A stretch of 64,000 nucleotides of DNA, from assembly GCA_965205025.1 (NCBI GenBank), contig CBDBFU010000028.1, positions 96,001-160,000 on the forward strand. The letters run 5' to 3'. Each line of letters begins with the position of its first letter. The first letter of the stretch is position 1. The stretch is from Candidatus Poribacteria bacterium. Its GTDB lineage: Bacteria; Poribacteria; WGA-4E; WGA-3G. Shown in pieces: positions 51,901 to 61,508 of this stretch. Both the position numbers and the translations under genes were made by a program. The notes under the pieces were generated by a model. It had not been told where the DNA came from. It did no database searches and saw only the letters and a program-made list of their open reading frames with translations.

Positions 51901-52559
51901 TTAGATTGATCCGGAGTTAACAATATACTTCCCTTGATATATCCGTCTGATAAAATGATGTTATATGTTCCTAAAGTCTCAAAAAGGTTGATATTTCCCT
52001 CATCAACTGTAATCTCAAGGTTTCCTCTAATATTGTAGACGTTAATATTTCCTTTGGTTGCTGTTATCTTTAGGGAAACATCTGGGGGTGTAATAATTGA
52101 GTATGTTAAATGAGATCTGTCGTAATTATCTTTAGGAATATATAATATCTGAGTGTTCAGTCGAAGTGTTCCTTCGTTTAATACACCATCTAATATTATA
52201 CTATCAGTAGGGAGTTCTGTATACTCTTCAGAATCTCCAACTGGATTCTGTATAATGTCTACCTTAATTGAGTTTGATTGTAAGTTATTATCCTGATTCG
52301 TTGTGATGTCAATATTTGCTGGAAAGTCAAGGTTAAGTTCAATTGCAAAGATCCCAATGTAATCAAAGGACTGGGTGGTAATTGTCTTGCTTTCTTGTGT
52401 ATTTTGAGGAGTTGATTGTGTAGTGTCTTTTGTTGTTTCAGGAGATATAACTTGATGGCCGAATGCACCAATTGAATTAATAGAGAGAAATAACATTGAC
52501 AACAAGAGACAAAAATGAAAAGGAATTGGAGATATATTGATGGTAGACATGGAAGCCAA
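48906..52559 (-). CDS. Omp85/BamA-TamA family outer-membrane protein with DUF4097-like and CBM9-like N-terminal domains and POTRA repeats
   Basis: Signal peptide; beta-strand repeats (TKGNI, DEGNI, RNGSI); PKIDGNLSEKAW..WSLELAI; POTRA (IDIKGN, INIDGN, EIRFTGN); barrel with GGFTTLRGY and terminal Phe. Confidence 0.78.
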   Translation of the reverse strand: MASMSTINISPIPFHFCLLLSMLFLSINSIGAFGHQVISPETTKDTTQSTPQNTQESKTITTQSFDYIGIFAIELNLDFPANIDITTNQDNNLQSNSIKVDIIQNPVGDSEEYTELPTDSIILDGVLNEGTLRLNTQILYIPKDNYDRSHLTYSIITPPDVSLKITATKGNINVYNIRGNLEITVDEGNINLFETLGTYNIILSDGYIKGSILLTPDQSNITTRNGSIELIVLDNLAAPLKLTALGGGIRLLLPKDYPADLSYNSVKEQIVVNVPAEIDDNSGLINDGGPLLNLTSTGMISILPAPTLQGTTDDSQSDILDDMSSIININIPKTSIRPKIDGNLSEKAWFYSTQLTPFQSHDGKEGIDSQTDVSLMYDEKFFYIGAKIYIQNNIIPRVSQTQLDSPIWEDECIEILLDMNPDTERYQHIVINPIGAVFDQLVEKVGYPTIKFHPNNTRKINLKHNYVNFKGDSSWNSDVIAETKINSSFWSLELAIKRRPEDDIDSNTWLLNIHRKAQGSLKDNQSIDRITQREYSYWLPIHNEEHPWWPHSREVMGILIFDKNENIDESYTYANNLEISSIDIKGNNTIPPDIIMKRLPYSTGNIISNVQLSWMLDELSTIDWFKGVRLQSTLVENKENKEQVNSEQDLSNNRADTANTNGKDFNHQNSSSLKVNLQLDITEAHIKYIRKINIDGNKYFPSSFIMNWFNIRDGYLVDSSINLKKQMVEDFYINRGFPFAKVTDQIKNDEFILNIKEGYVDEIRFTGNRRISQYDLKEAFEFDKDEVFFHSLGQSKINDLKKKLSKDNDEFKSIRDWYVQREGGKNLLIIDIEEQPRFQPGWFPIFGFNRVHGITLGAGGTLSTQVWGNEQLFVSVRRGFTSEKWNYRFGIEDEVFDFFPMKFGIGLYRLTDSSTQVFRLRPADIDLLGALYGSSSENYYERMGTQYWFSKPIGNISQFRLGYRHEQHDNLAKTTDWSYFFRSRVKNGNLRIEDGQQSILSLSYTFDTRDRKSLTGRTDQFGGELILWPNERNRRGWRGNIGVQTAGKSLGGDFSYRLYSFEVNKYTKVSGPHNINIRIAGDFSDNILPRQRILYLGGFTTLRGYPLNAFAGDNRVLLNVEYRLLNEILIDPSSDAAIGMSLCVFMDSGKTWEYGENPFPDSSLRNFYTSIGLGLSCYISPPKGFNPFSAAIEFAFPVNKSYYLKAYPIILRLERMF

Positions 52560-52851
52560 TACAGATTAATTTCTTCGTGATTTTCTTCGTTTTATGAAAC
52601 GAGTGTAATAATGATATATTTATATAATGGCATGATTATGAATTTCTTAGTTAGTCAAAAGAATATAATTGTCTATGGTACAACATAGACAAACAGGGAA
52701 ATTGAAAATAGAATCATATTAGAGTGAGAAATCGAATAGGGTAGATAGGGGAATAATACGACTGATAGTCAATCAATATAACCATTAGGTGGTCAATTAA
52801 TGGTAGTTGGCATCCCAACAAACCCCATTATTACTCTCGCAATAAAAGGAC

Positions 52852-52880
52852 TTGACACTTTTTAGATAATACTTTATACT
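52852..52880 (+). promoter_or_regulatory. Sigma70-type promoter
   Basis: TTGACA-N17-TATACT upstream of xylose isomerase. Confidence 0.65.
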
Positions 52881-53007
52881 TAAAAAAAAGTCAAGCAGTT
52901 TCCAAATATAATGGTAACTTATTCGTTGACAGAATCGTTAACGTTAGGATAAGTTGCCGTTGTTTTGTTGGGAACATATTTATTTTTGTTTTACATCGGA
53001 GTGTTTG

Positions 53008-54054
53008 ATGTCCAGTTCGCAAACAGAATACCGTTTTTCCTTTGGACCATGGAATATTCATGAAGGGGCAGATCCGTTCGGACCACCCGTTAGAGAATCA
53101 TACAGTTTTGATGAGAAAGTAGAATTCTATAGAGACCTTGGTTTTGTAGGTATTCAGTTCCATGATGATGATGTTGTACCTGATATTGATGAGAAAAACC
53201 ATACCCAATTAATATCCCGTGCCAAAGAGGTTAAAGCACAAATTGATAATCACGGATTGATTGCTGAGGTAGTTGCTCCACGACTCTGGGAATCTCCTTT
53301 AACTATTGATGGGGCATTTACATCTAATTCAGAAAAAGAAAGACAGTACGCAATTGATCGGTCAAAACGATGTATTGATGTAGCAAATGAACTTGAGTGT
53401 AGGAATTTTGTTCTGTGGCTTGCCCGTGAAGGAACATATATTCGGGAATCAAAAAACTCTTCAGATGCTGTAGGACAGATATTAGATGCAATAAATGTCT
53501 TGCTTGAATATGATTCGAATATACGTATTCTGATTGAACCAAAACCCAATGAGCCGATGGATATAGCCTATATTCCAACAATAGGTCATGCTATTGGGTT
53601 AGCCTATGCCAGTAAGGCTCCAGATCGAGTAGGTGGGTTGATTGAAAGCGCTCATGCTATTCTTGCTGGGTTGGAACCCTCCGATGAAATGGGATACGCG
53701 CTCCAACATAAAAAACTGTGGAGCGTCCACCTAAATGATCAAAACGGTTTAAAATTCGATCAAGACAAAGCATTTGGTTCTGCAAACTTGCGGCGAGCAT
53801 TTAATCAGGTGAGAGTCCTTGAAGAGAACGGTTATGGTAGTCGTGGAGAATTCGTCGGTTTAGATGTTAAGGTTATGCGTACACAACCCCGTGAGATTTC
53901 AACCAAACATCTTTTGAATAGTCGTAGGACATTTCTTAACCTACTTGATAAGGTACGTAGTTTGGATAGGAAAGTAGAGCAGGAATTTATTTCAGCACAG
54001 GATTACGAAGGATTAGATTACTATATTCTCGAACACTTACTTGGAAAGAAATAA
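53008..54054 (+). CDS. xylA: Xylose isomerase (class I-like)
   Basis: GADPFG, QFHDDD, IEPKPNEP, HLNDQ motifs; GGAG SD before ATG 53008. Confidence 0.85.
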   Translation: MSSSQTEYRFSFGPWNIHEGADPFGPPVRESYSFDEKVEFYRDLGFVGIQFHDDDVVPDIDEKNHTQLISRAKEVKAQIDNHGLIAEVVAPRLWESPLTIDGAFTSNSEKERQYAIDRSKRCIDVANELECRNFVLWLAREGTYIRESKNSSDAVGQILDAINVLLEYDSNIRILIEPKPNEPMDIAYIPTIGHAIGLAYASKAPDRVGGLIESAHAILAGLEPSDEMGYALQHKKLWSVHLNDQNGLKFDQDKAFGSANLRRAFNQVRVLEENGYGSRGEFVGLDVKVMRTQPREISTKHLLNSRRTFLNLLDKVRSLDRKVEQEFISAQDYEGLDYYILEHLLGKK

Positions 54055-54142
54055 TAGTGTAAGTATTGACTAAAACACCTCCTACCAGAATGAATAAAAC
54101 TCCCCTAAAAAATATAATACTATCAATGAGGATATTTTATAT

Positions 54143-54811
54143 ATGTCAGTAGATAAGGATCACCTATCTCCTGAAAAGATTATGTCTGAGGAATTAGAAC
54201 CACGTTATAGATCAGTAGTTCTGGTCGGTCCACCTGGTGTAGGTAAAGGAACACAAGGCAAATTACTTGCCTCTATCCCCGGGATTTTCCATCTATCCAG
54301 CGGAGATATGTTCCGTGAACTTGATGATGAATCTGATTTTGGACAACTCTTTCATGAATACGCAACACGCGGAGACTTGGTCCCAGATGATATAACTGTT
54401 AAGATATGGTTGCAATATGTAAAGAATAAAGTTAATCAAGGTGTATATGACCCTGAGTCCGATTTACTGATTCTTGATGGAATTCCTCGTAACCTTGCAC
54501 AAGCGGAATTATTGTCTCCTTATGTTAAAATCCTGAAAATCCTATTTATGGTTTGTGAAGATCGCGAAGTAATGTTTGAACGGATTCGGGGGCGTGCCTT
54601 AAAAGAGAAACGTCGTGATGATGCAGACGAATTGGTTGTTCGATATAGATGGGATTTATACAAACGCGATACTGAACCGATGATAGACCACTTCACCCAA
54701 GAAATGGTCCGTATTATTGATGCAGACATGATTCCTGCAGGTGTTCTACATCAGATATTATCCGCATTAGTTCCAATTCAGAAAAGCTGCTTCTCCCCTC
54801 CACACATATAA
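54143..54811 (+). CDS. adk: Adenylate kinase family protein
   Basis: P-loop GPPGVGKGTQ, HLSSGDMFR, GDLVPD, ILDGIPR, RRDD. Confidence 0.88.
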   Translation: MSVDKDHLSPEKIMSEELEPRYRSVVLVGPPGVGKGTQGKLLASIPGIFHLSSGDMFRELDDESDFGQLFHEYATRGDLVPDDITVKIWLQYVKNKVNQGVYDPESDLLILDGIPRNLAQAELLSPYVKILKILFMVCEDREVMFERIRGRALKEKRRDDADELVVRYRWDLYKRDTEPMIDHFTQEMVRIIDADMIPAGVLHQILSALVPIQKSCFSPPHI

Positions 54812-54895
54812 TATATATCCTATCGTATAATTTCCACCCTTGGTAGATTGGTTTATTGATAAGAATTTTACGTTCATTTGGTTGATGGCCGTATG

Positions 54896-55115
54896 TTATA
54901 CCAATTTTACTTAATTAGTTTACGTTAATAGCAAATCGGAGAAGGTAATTTTGTTCAAAGGGATTCTATAAACATTCCGTCCCTATGGGACTCAAGATAG
55001 CGGACAAATACCTTTTCTATAGACATTTCGTCCCTACGGGACTCATTTATCTGTATATGATTGTCCCTGTTTTACTTAAATCATAATGTAGGTATATCAA
55101 TTGAAAATGGTATAA
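54896..55115. mobile_element. MITE, TATACCA..TGGTATA TIR family
   Basis: TTATACCAATTTT / AAAATGGTATAA; two internal ACATT(C/T)CGTCCCTA(T/C)GGGACT hairpin units. Confidence 0.7.
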
Positions 55116-55179
55116 CATACTTTTCTGGCACTCACTGTTGTGGAATGTATATAACCTACAATATCTGTAACTATTCTCA

Positions 55180-56823
55180 TTAATCCAATCTTTTATATAG
55201 ACGTATTTCTGGATGGATAAGTGAATTCACAGGAAACGGAGCAGCACTATCAGAAAATTCTATACCAAGAAAACTTGGTTTCCTATGAAAAGTCTTAACA
55301 AGTTGATATCTACTATCCTCTTTCCATATCAATCTATAAAATTCTAATGTTTCTTCTATATTTACATCCTCATGTGGGAACCAGTCAATAGGTTTAAAAT
55401 CCTGTGGTTTCTCATAGTATTTCCGAAAAATATCGTTATCAGTTCGGGTAATTAGTATCCATTCAGATTCAACCTGAGTCATATCTCTATCTAATTCAGG
55501 CATCAACCAATCACATAAAACTTCTGGTGGACGCATTATTCCGCTATCTACTGGGATATTCTCTGATATCCATTCAGATGCTTCTTGTCCAGTAGGTTGA
55601 GTCCACATGACGGATGCAAAAGCACATGTATAGAGTAACGATGCAACCCATACAATACAACCCCAAAACAATACGATGCGTCTGTGAAATGAATATAAGA
55701 AAACAGAGGCAAAGATCATAAGAACAGGATAAAGGATGATAAGATGACGAGTGAAGGTGACCTTGTAGGAACCGATAAAAAGTAGATAAGTGATTATGAA
55801 GATAACTATCCCAAATCCCATCCTGGTATTGTTTTCTGGATTATAATCCGTCTGCAGTCTTTTATTATATATTCGTGAAAAGAAATTACGAATGCCTGGT
55901 ATAGATTTGACATACTTTTCAAACTCCCATATTAATCCGCATCCAACGAGTAGTGCTAAAGGAAATCCCATACCCCATTTTATTAATGTCCCTAAATGTA
56001 AGAAACGATACATGAATCCAGTTTCACCGGTTGTGAATAATCCGAAATGTCCTTTATTATAATGACTTGACTCGTACCAAAAATCATTGAAGAAGTGATT
56101 CCACTCGGTTGAAAAAAGATCAATTATCCAATATGGACAGATGGCTGTAAATACTAAGACAGTCATACTTAGAATCAATAATAATTTTCGAAAAAAATGT
56201 TCTTCTTTTATAAAGGTGAGGATAGAGAAAAGAGCAAATATTGCAGGAAATTTTACGGCAATTCCTACTCCTACTACTAATCCCAATTTCAGGCATGTGG
56301 ATATTTTTAGATTTGATTCTCGAGATAGTATATAAAAAAATGAAGTAATACAAAATGTTGCAGGTATATCTACGATGGCAAAACGGGATTCGTTTGTCGC
56401 ATGTAGCATGGTAACTGCAAGAAATGCAGCAGAAATTATACCGACCTGTCTGTTGTATAGTGATTTTCCAAGTTTGTATGTTAGCCAAATTGTTCCTATT
56501 CCTAATAGGACATTTAGAAAACGTCCTATCAATATAACATTACTATTTGTTAGGGTAAAACCAAAGATAGAGAGTAGTTTTCCAACTATGGCAATCAGGT
56601 AGAACCAAGCTGTACCGGGCCAGTTATAAATTGTCGGAGGAGAGTCTAACCTGATGAGATTAAGGACATCTTCTGCAATTAGAACTTCACGTGGGTCAGG
56701 TGTATAGGGTAAACCTACTCCAATTCCAGGAAGACGGATAAGAAGTGCTATGAATATAATAGTAGGAAGGAGGAATTGTTTAGGTTTTAGTCGATAATGT
56801 TGGACTAGGGTAATCGACTTCAT
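55180..56823 (-). CDS. ArnT/PMT-like glycosyltransferase (GT39/GT83)
   Basis: Polytopic; N-terminal IR..PDPRE loop; AIVD and VKF motifs. Confidence 0.8.
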   Translation of the reverse strand: MKSITLVQHYRLKPKQFLLPTIIFIALLIRLPGIGVGLPYTPDPREVLIAEDVLNLIRLDSPPTIYNWPGTAWFYLIAIVGKLLSIFGFTLTNSNVILIGRFLNVLLGIGTIWLTYKLGKSLYNRQVGIISAAFLAVTMLHATNESRFAIVDIPATFCITSFFYILSRESNLKISTCLKLGLVVGVGIAVKFPAIFALFSILTFIKEEHFFRKLLLILSMTVLVFTAICPYWIIDLFSTEWNHFFNDFWYESSHYNKGHFGLFTTGETGFMYRFLHLGTLIKWGMGFPLALLVGCGLIWEFEKYVKSIPGIRNFFSRIYNKRLQTDYNPENNTRMGFGIVIFIITYLLFIGSYKVTFTRHLIILYPVLMIFASVFLYSFHRRIVLFWGCIVWVASLLYTCAFASVMWTQPTGQEASEWISENIPVDSGIMRPPEVLCDWLMPELDRDMTQVESEWILITRTDNDIFRKYYEKPQDFKPIDWFPHEDVNIEETLEFYRLIWKEDSRYQLVKTFHRKPSFLGIEFSDSAAPFPVNSLIHPEIRLYKRLD

Positions 56824-56831
56824 CTATGCAA

Positions 56832-57428
56832 TTACCGAGATGTTTTTTCCCACAATTCCGGGGAAAGTAAATTACGAAGTTGTTGAATCTCATAATCCAT
56901 AAATGGGAGATCTAAAGTTTCGAAAATCTGTTTCCAACGAGAATGTTGTGTAGCCTCAACATATAATGGAATAAATCCTAAATTGAGATAGGTTTTAATG
57001 GCTGGAATACGAAAATCATCAGTATCAAGCATTGAACAAATGAAACCGTTATCACGAAAATAATACAATACTGCAAGAGAAACCCATTTCCCAAGTTTGT
57101 GTCCAGTGTGTTTACTATCTACTCCGACCATATGGACATACCCCACTTCGGTTTCGTCAACAGACTGTCTCCAAGCACATGCTGTTCCCACAGGTATATC
57201 TTCATACGTTGTAAAAAAGAGTCCATCCGGTACAAAAACATCACGCTCAATAATTTCCTTGCGTGTGTCCTCAGCAGTCCGTTTTGATCCGCCAAAAGAA
57301 TCTGTAATTATATTTGCCCAATGAATTTCATCCCCTTTGATATAACTTCGTAAACCGTATTCTTCTGGGATTATAATTTCCGGTAAATCCTCAAGATTCG
57401 GGCGAACCATCCTAAGTTGTCTGGACAT
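56832..57428 (-). CDS. GNAT family N-acetyltransferase
   Basis: VGVDSKHTGHKLGK motif A; AIKTYLNLGF motif B. Confidence 0.88.
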   Translation of the reverse strand: MSRQLRMVRPNLEDLPEIIIPEEYGLRSYIKGDEIHWANIITDSFGGSKRTAEDTRKEIIERDVFVPDGLFFTTYEDIPVGTACAWRQSVDETEVGYVHMVGVDSKHTGHKLGKWVSLAVLYYFRDNGFICSMLDTDDFRIPAIKTYLNLGFIPLYVEATQHSRWKQIFETLDLPFMDYEIQQLRNLLSPELWEKTSR

Positions 57429-57522
57429 CGTATATACTCCATGTTATTAATCCTACATTTAAGTATATTATAACATAGTGGGAAATCTTAGACAAAACTG
57501 CAAGTGAGATAAGAAGGTCATT

Positions 57523-57671
57523 TATAGTAAACAATAAAATGAATACTACATTTTCTATTGGCTCAACTTACGTTCGCGTCCCACACCTCTTCTGTAGGAG
57601 CGACCTCCCGGTCGCGACCAGGAGGTCGCTCCTACAAGTAAAGTGTCTAATTAAATCTAAAGTTTACTATA
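57523..57671. mobile_element. MITE with TATAGTAAAC TIRs carrying a GTAG REP doublet
   Basis: TATAGTAAAC / GTTTACTATA; internal palindrome TGTAGGAGCGACCTCC..GGAGGTCGCTCCTACA (57593..57636). Confidence 0.75.
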
Positions 57672-57760
57672 GTTCTTGGGTTGACGTTCCCCGGGGTTAC
57701 AAACCACACTTACCGGGGTGAGGAAATATTTTTGTATCATCTAATGTGTTCTATGACTTT

Positions 57761-60487
57761 TTAATGACTTCTTAAGACTGTATCTGTATTTCTTGTTTTA
57801 AGGGGTAAGTGGCTATTGTTCTCATGGGATAGTATAGTAAAAAATTGTCTTGCATCTTTATACTGATTGACAGAGATATTTCTCTGTTTTAATTTAAAAA
57901 ATAAATGGTAAGAAACTGAATTGTTAAATTGGTTATATCTTCTCTCCATTTCCGCAAATTCTGTATTCTTCCTGATATCTTTTGGTAATGTTGCAATCCA
58001 CTCATCGGGTAGGTGTATTTTAATGGTCTTTTCAATTAGCATGGGATAACTTAAGTCAAGAGGAAAACTGCGTTCTGGTGCGGAAAATGAGTCTGCGAAA
58101 CCTGTAAATTCATCTATGGGTAGGGGTAGTAAAATCTGATTTTTGATTCTTCTGATGTAATTATTTACACCAAAATTCAAAGTTATCCCTAATGGTTGTT
58201 CTATATTGTTCAAGTTCTCAAATTTCACTGATTCTATAGAGATATTTGGAAACAGTTGACTAAGTTCAGCAGCGAATGTATTGTTCCAATTCGATGGTGG
58301 AATCTGTTGATAATTCCATCTGGGATTAATGGTGTTTTGACCAAACATTGTCACCCGTATAATACCCTTTACTGAACCATCAGGATTTAACCACAATTCA
58401 GTATTAGATAAAAGCTTATTGTTTTCAGCCGGAAACACAGGGATTTCAACAAATATTCCTTGGAAGTCACCAATTAAGAATCCTATTCGTCCTTGGTCAC
58501 TATAGGGTAAATCCTCATAACTGCAGGTTGACGAGGTTGGATCTAACCATATATAACTGTCCTTCTCCTTTGGTATGGCGACAATCATATGGTTGAATTG
58601 GCTTAAGGAAGGAAGTGATGTATCAATTTTCCCATAGGGAGATGTACTAAGCATTACAGGATATGCTCTGATACCGACAAGATCAAGCATGGAGATGAGA
58701 AGTGTAGTTTTATCCTTACAGTCTCCATATTGTTTTTTTAGCACTTCAACTGCAGGTGAGGGTTGATATGCACTCTGTCCCAACTCAATACCAACATATC
58801 GAATCTGCCGTGCTACATAATCGTAAATTGCTCTAATCTTAGATTCGTCTGTAGTGAAATACTGGGTTAAATCTTCAACAGTTTGCATTATCTGTTCATC
58901 CGGTGTATATCTATCTTTAGCCAGATTCTTATACCAATCATATACTCTTTCCCAAGACTGTATTGAGGAGTATGTTAATCGTGGGGTAACATCATTTATA
59001 TTTGGCATTCCATCTTCTATTTTTAATGCTGGCATCTCCCCAACAGCCCAAATATATTCAATCGTACCATCTTGATTAGATGTTATCTGTGGTTCAATTT
59101 CGGAATTACGAACCTTCCACTGAATTGACCAATCTTGAGGTAACTTAAGTGCATAAGTAGTTGCAAGTGTTAGCTCTGAGGATTGGAAGTTATATCCTCC
59201 CGTGATCCAAGTTTCGTTGACTGACACGTTTTCTAATTTATCCTCAAGCGTGACCTGATATTCAATACACACACCGGGAGAGAGTCCAACCATAGAGATA
59301 ACCTTCCACATCAAATCTGAGTAAAGATTTCGTGATAACAGTCCTGGTGGTGTTACATCATTATATGCTTCATCTGGTGGGGTATGTATCGTACCATCAG
59401 GTGCAATTGTCCGTGCTATATTAATCCCGATATTCTGTGAATTTGGTTGATATGGAATCGCGATATCACCATATTTATTAATGCCTCTCTCAGTCAGTAT
59501 TTTTACAACCTGATGTGTAGTATATCGTGACTGCCCAGAAGGTAATACTTCATGTGAGAAATTGTTGAATAAAATTGCAACATCTGCATTTGGGTAATCG
59601 TCAGTAGTAGGTGCATCCGCTATAATTTGTAACACCTGTGGATTTAGGATTGTAACAGGTGGTACTGTTGCAGGTTGTGATCGATTTGGATCTAATTGTG
59701 ATAAGGCTTGTAATCTTGTTACCGCTAACAGATTATCTGGATCTATTTCCAATAATTGTTGATATTGTAGCTGTGCCTCAAAATATCGGTGGTTTTCCTC
59801 ATATAGTGATGCGAGTTGTTTTCTTGCCCAAACATCTTGCGGAAATAACCGTATGGATTCTCGAAATTCTGCGATTGCTTCACCAATATCTTCACGACTC
59901 AAATGAATTAATCCCAAGTAATTATGTAAGTTCTTGCTATCAGGACTTTTACATTTTGGATCAAGATCTAAAGCTTGTCTTAGAACATATTCAGCATTAT
60001 CAAGCTGATTTAACTGTATATAGACCAAACCGAGATGGTTTAAGGCATATAGATTGTCTTTAGAGATTGCTATTACTTGCTCATAGTATTGGGCTGCGTA
60101 TTCATAGTTACCCAGATTTTCAAATATATATCCAACATAGTTTAGAGAAACTATGTGATTTGGATGATGATGTAAATAATCAAGAAAAGCATCCTTTGCC
60201 TTTTCATATTCCTCAAGTTGAATTAATACCTCAGCAATCTTTACTTGTATATCACCATAGTTTGGTCGGATATTTATTGCATTTTGATATGCAGTAAGTG
60301 CATCTTGATAATGTCCGTTTTGTATTGCAGTCTTCGCTTTTGCAACCTCTTCACGCCATTGTTGATTTCTTATAATGAGAGGATCAACAATTTCTTCTCT
60401 GGTAGATTGTGATTTGGGTAAGAAAACACAACCTCCTAAGAACAATAGGAGCATTAACGATGAAAAATAGAAACATCTGTAAATCAT
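57761..60487 (-). CDS. Lipoprotein with TPR repeats, DUF3857 and transglutaminase-like domain
   Basis: Lipobox LGGC; TPR repeats; IRYVGIE, GDCKDK, FNHMI, WLDPT catalytic motifs. Confidence 0.9.
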   Translation of the reverse strand: MIYRCFYFSSLMLLLFLGGCVFLPKSQSTREEIVDPLIIRNQQWREEVAKAKTAIQNGHYQDALTAYQNAINIRPNYGDIQVKIAEVLIQLEEYEKAKDAFLDYLHHHPNHIVSLNYVGYIFENLGNYEYAAQYYEQVIAISKDNLYALNHLGLVYIQLNQLDNAEYVLRQALDLDPKCKSPDSKNLHNYLGLIHLSREDIGEAIAEFRESIRLFPQDVWARKQLASLYEENHRYFEAQLQYQQLLEIDPDNLLAVTRLQALSQLDPNRSQPATVPPVTILNPQVLQIIADAPTTDDYPNADVAILFNNFSHEVLPSGQSRYTTHQVVKILTERGINKYGDIAIPYQPNSQNIGINIARTIAPDGTIHTPPDEAYNDVTPPGLLSRNLYSDLMWKVISMVGLSPGVCIEYQVTLEDKLENVSVNETWITGGYNFQSSELTLATTYALKLPQDWSIQWKVRNSEIEPQITSNQDGTIEYIWAVGEMPALKIEDGMPNINDVTPRLTYSSIQSWERVYDWYKNLAKDRYTPDEQIMQTVEDLTQYFTTDESKIRAIYDYVARQIRYVGIELGQSAYQPSPAVEVLKKQYGDCKDKTTLLISMLDLVGIRAYPVMLSTSPYGKIDTSLPSLSQFNHMIVAIPKEKDSYIWLDPTSSTCSYEDLPYSDQGRIGFLIGDFQGIFVEIPVFPAENNKLLSNTELWLNPDGSVKGIIRVTMFGQNTINPRWNYQQIPPSNWNNTFAAELSQLFPNISIESVKFENLNNIEQPLGITLNFGVNNYIRRIKNQILLPLPIDEFTGFADSFSAPERSFPLDLSYPMLIEKTIKIHLPDEWIATLPKDIRKNTEFAEMERRYNQFNNSVSYHLFFKLKQRNISVNQYKDARQFFTILSHENNSHLPLKTRNTDTVLRSH

Positions 60488-60840
60488 TATTCTTTATCTT
60501 GATTTTGCTTTTGTAGTTTTGGATTATTGATATGTCGATTCTTATCCCGTTGTGTCTTTTTGTTCATAGATTGTATAAAAGCGTCTTCAAGTTGAACTCC
60601 TGTTTGGTTTGCGAGACAGATAAGAACAAACAGAATATCCGCCATCTCTTCTCCAATGTTTAGATCTTCCTCATTTTCTTTGAAACTTTGATCCCCGAAT
60701 TTACGCGCCATAATTCTTGCCAATTCACCGACCTCTTCCATGAGGATTGCGGTGTTAGTTAATTCTGAAAAATAACGGACACCAATTGTATTTACCCACT
60801 CATCAACTATTTTTTGACAACCTTCAAGTGTATATTCCAT
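60487..60840 (-). CDS. MazG-like nucleotide pyrophosphohydrolase
   Basis: EEVGELAR..EEMADILFVLICLANQTG. Confidence 0.92.
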   Translation of the reverse strand: MEYTLEGCQKIVDEWVNTIGVRYFSELTNTAILMEEVGELARIMARKFGDQSFKENEEDLNIGEEMADILFVLICLANQTGVQLEDAFIQSMNKKTQRDKNRHINNPKLQKQNQDKE

Positions 60841-60929
60841 TTATTAGTCCATTCCATTACGAACGTATATGGGTATTGTAGCAGCATAAGCAATTAGTAG
60901 TAAACTTTTTAATGGTCTATAGTTGTTGG

Positions 60930-61149
60930 TTATAGATAGTCTATCAATATCCGTAGACATCAGGTAAAGCACGCAAGGAAACACCTTCTTTAGTCAACCA
61001 GACAAGGATGGAGAGAAACCGTCTACAATCTTGTGTATCCCACACATAGACGTTGGGATACACCCGGAGAAATAGCAAGAGACTTTTACAAGCTGCGTCC
61101 CTGATGGAATGTGTGAGTTCTTGAGATTCTTCTGTTTTTCGTTTTTCAT
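60930..61149 (-). pseudogene. IS5-family transposase N-terminal remnant (DUF4096-like)
   Basis: Minus strand reads CRRFLSILVWLTKEGVSLRALPDVYGY**TIY, like RxxxxAILWxxRxGxxWRxLPxxYGxWxTVY; frameshift and stops. Confidence 0.65.
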
Positions 61150-61508
61150 ATATACAAAATACTATAATGTCTGTAAAATATCAATACAATTAAATGTAAA
61201 CACAACATAGTAACCATAAAAATGAAAAAGCAGTTTTACGAGGTACATGTAATTTCGTTGTCAGATTCCAGTGGACTGAAAACGGCATATAGTATTTTAC
61301 CAGATACGGAATTACCTAAATACTTCCTTAAACTTCATATACATTGTAACACGTAAATCAACGCTGAACATTTCTACATAAATTCGTTGTATTGACCTAT
61401 ATGATTCAATGTGATTAAAAATTGCACATACTTAGAAATAGTCCTACATAAATCAAAGCAGAATTTGATCACACGATTCGATTATCATAAATAATAATTG
61501 GAGTAATA

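Noticed and set aside
57539-57721. 60-aa ORF and similar short ORFs such as 6192..6374
   Set aside because: They lie over MITE/REP sequence and have no coding signals.
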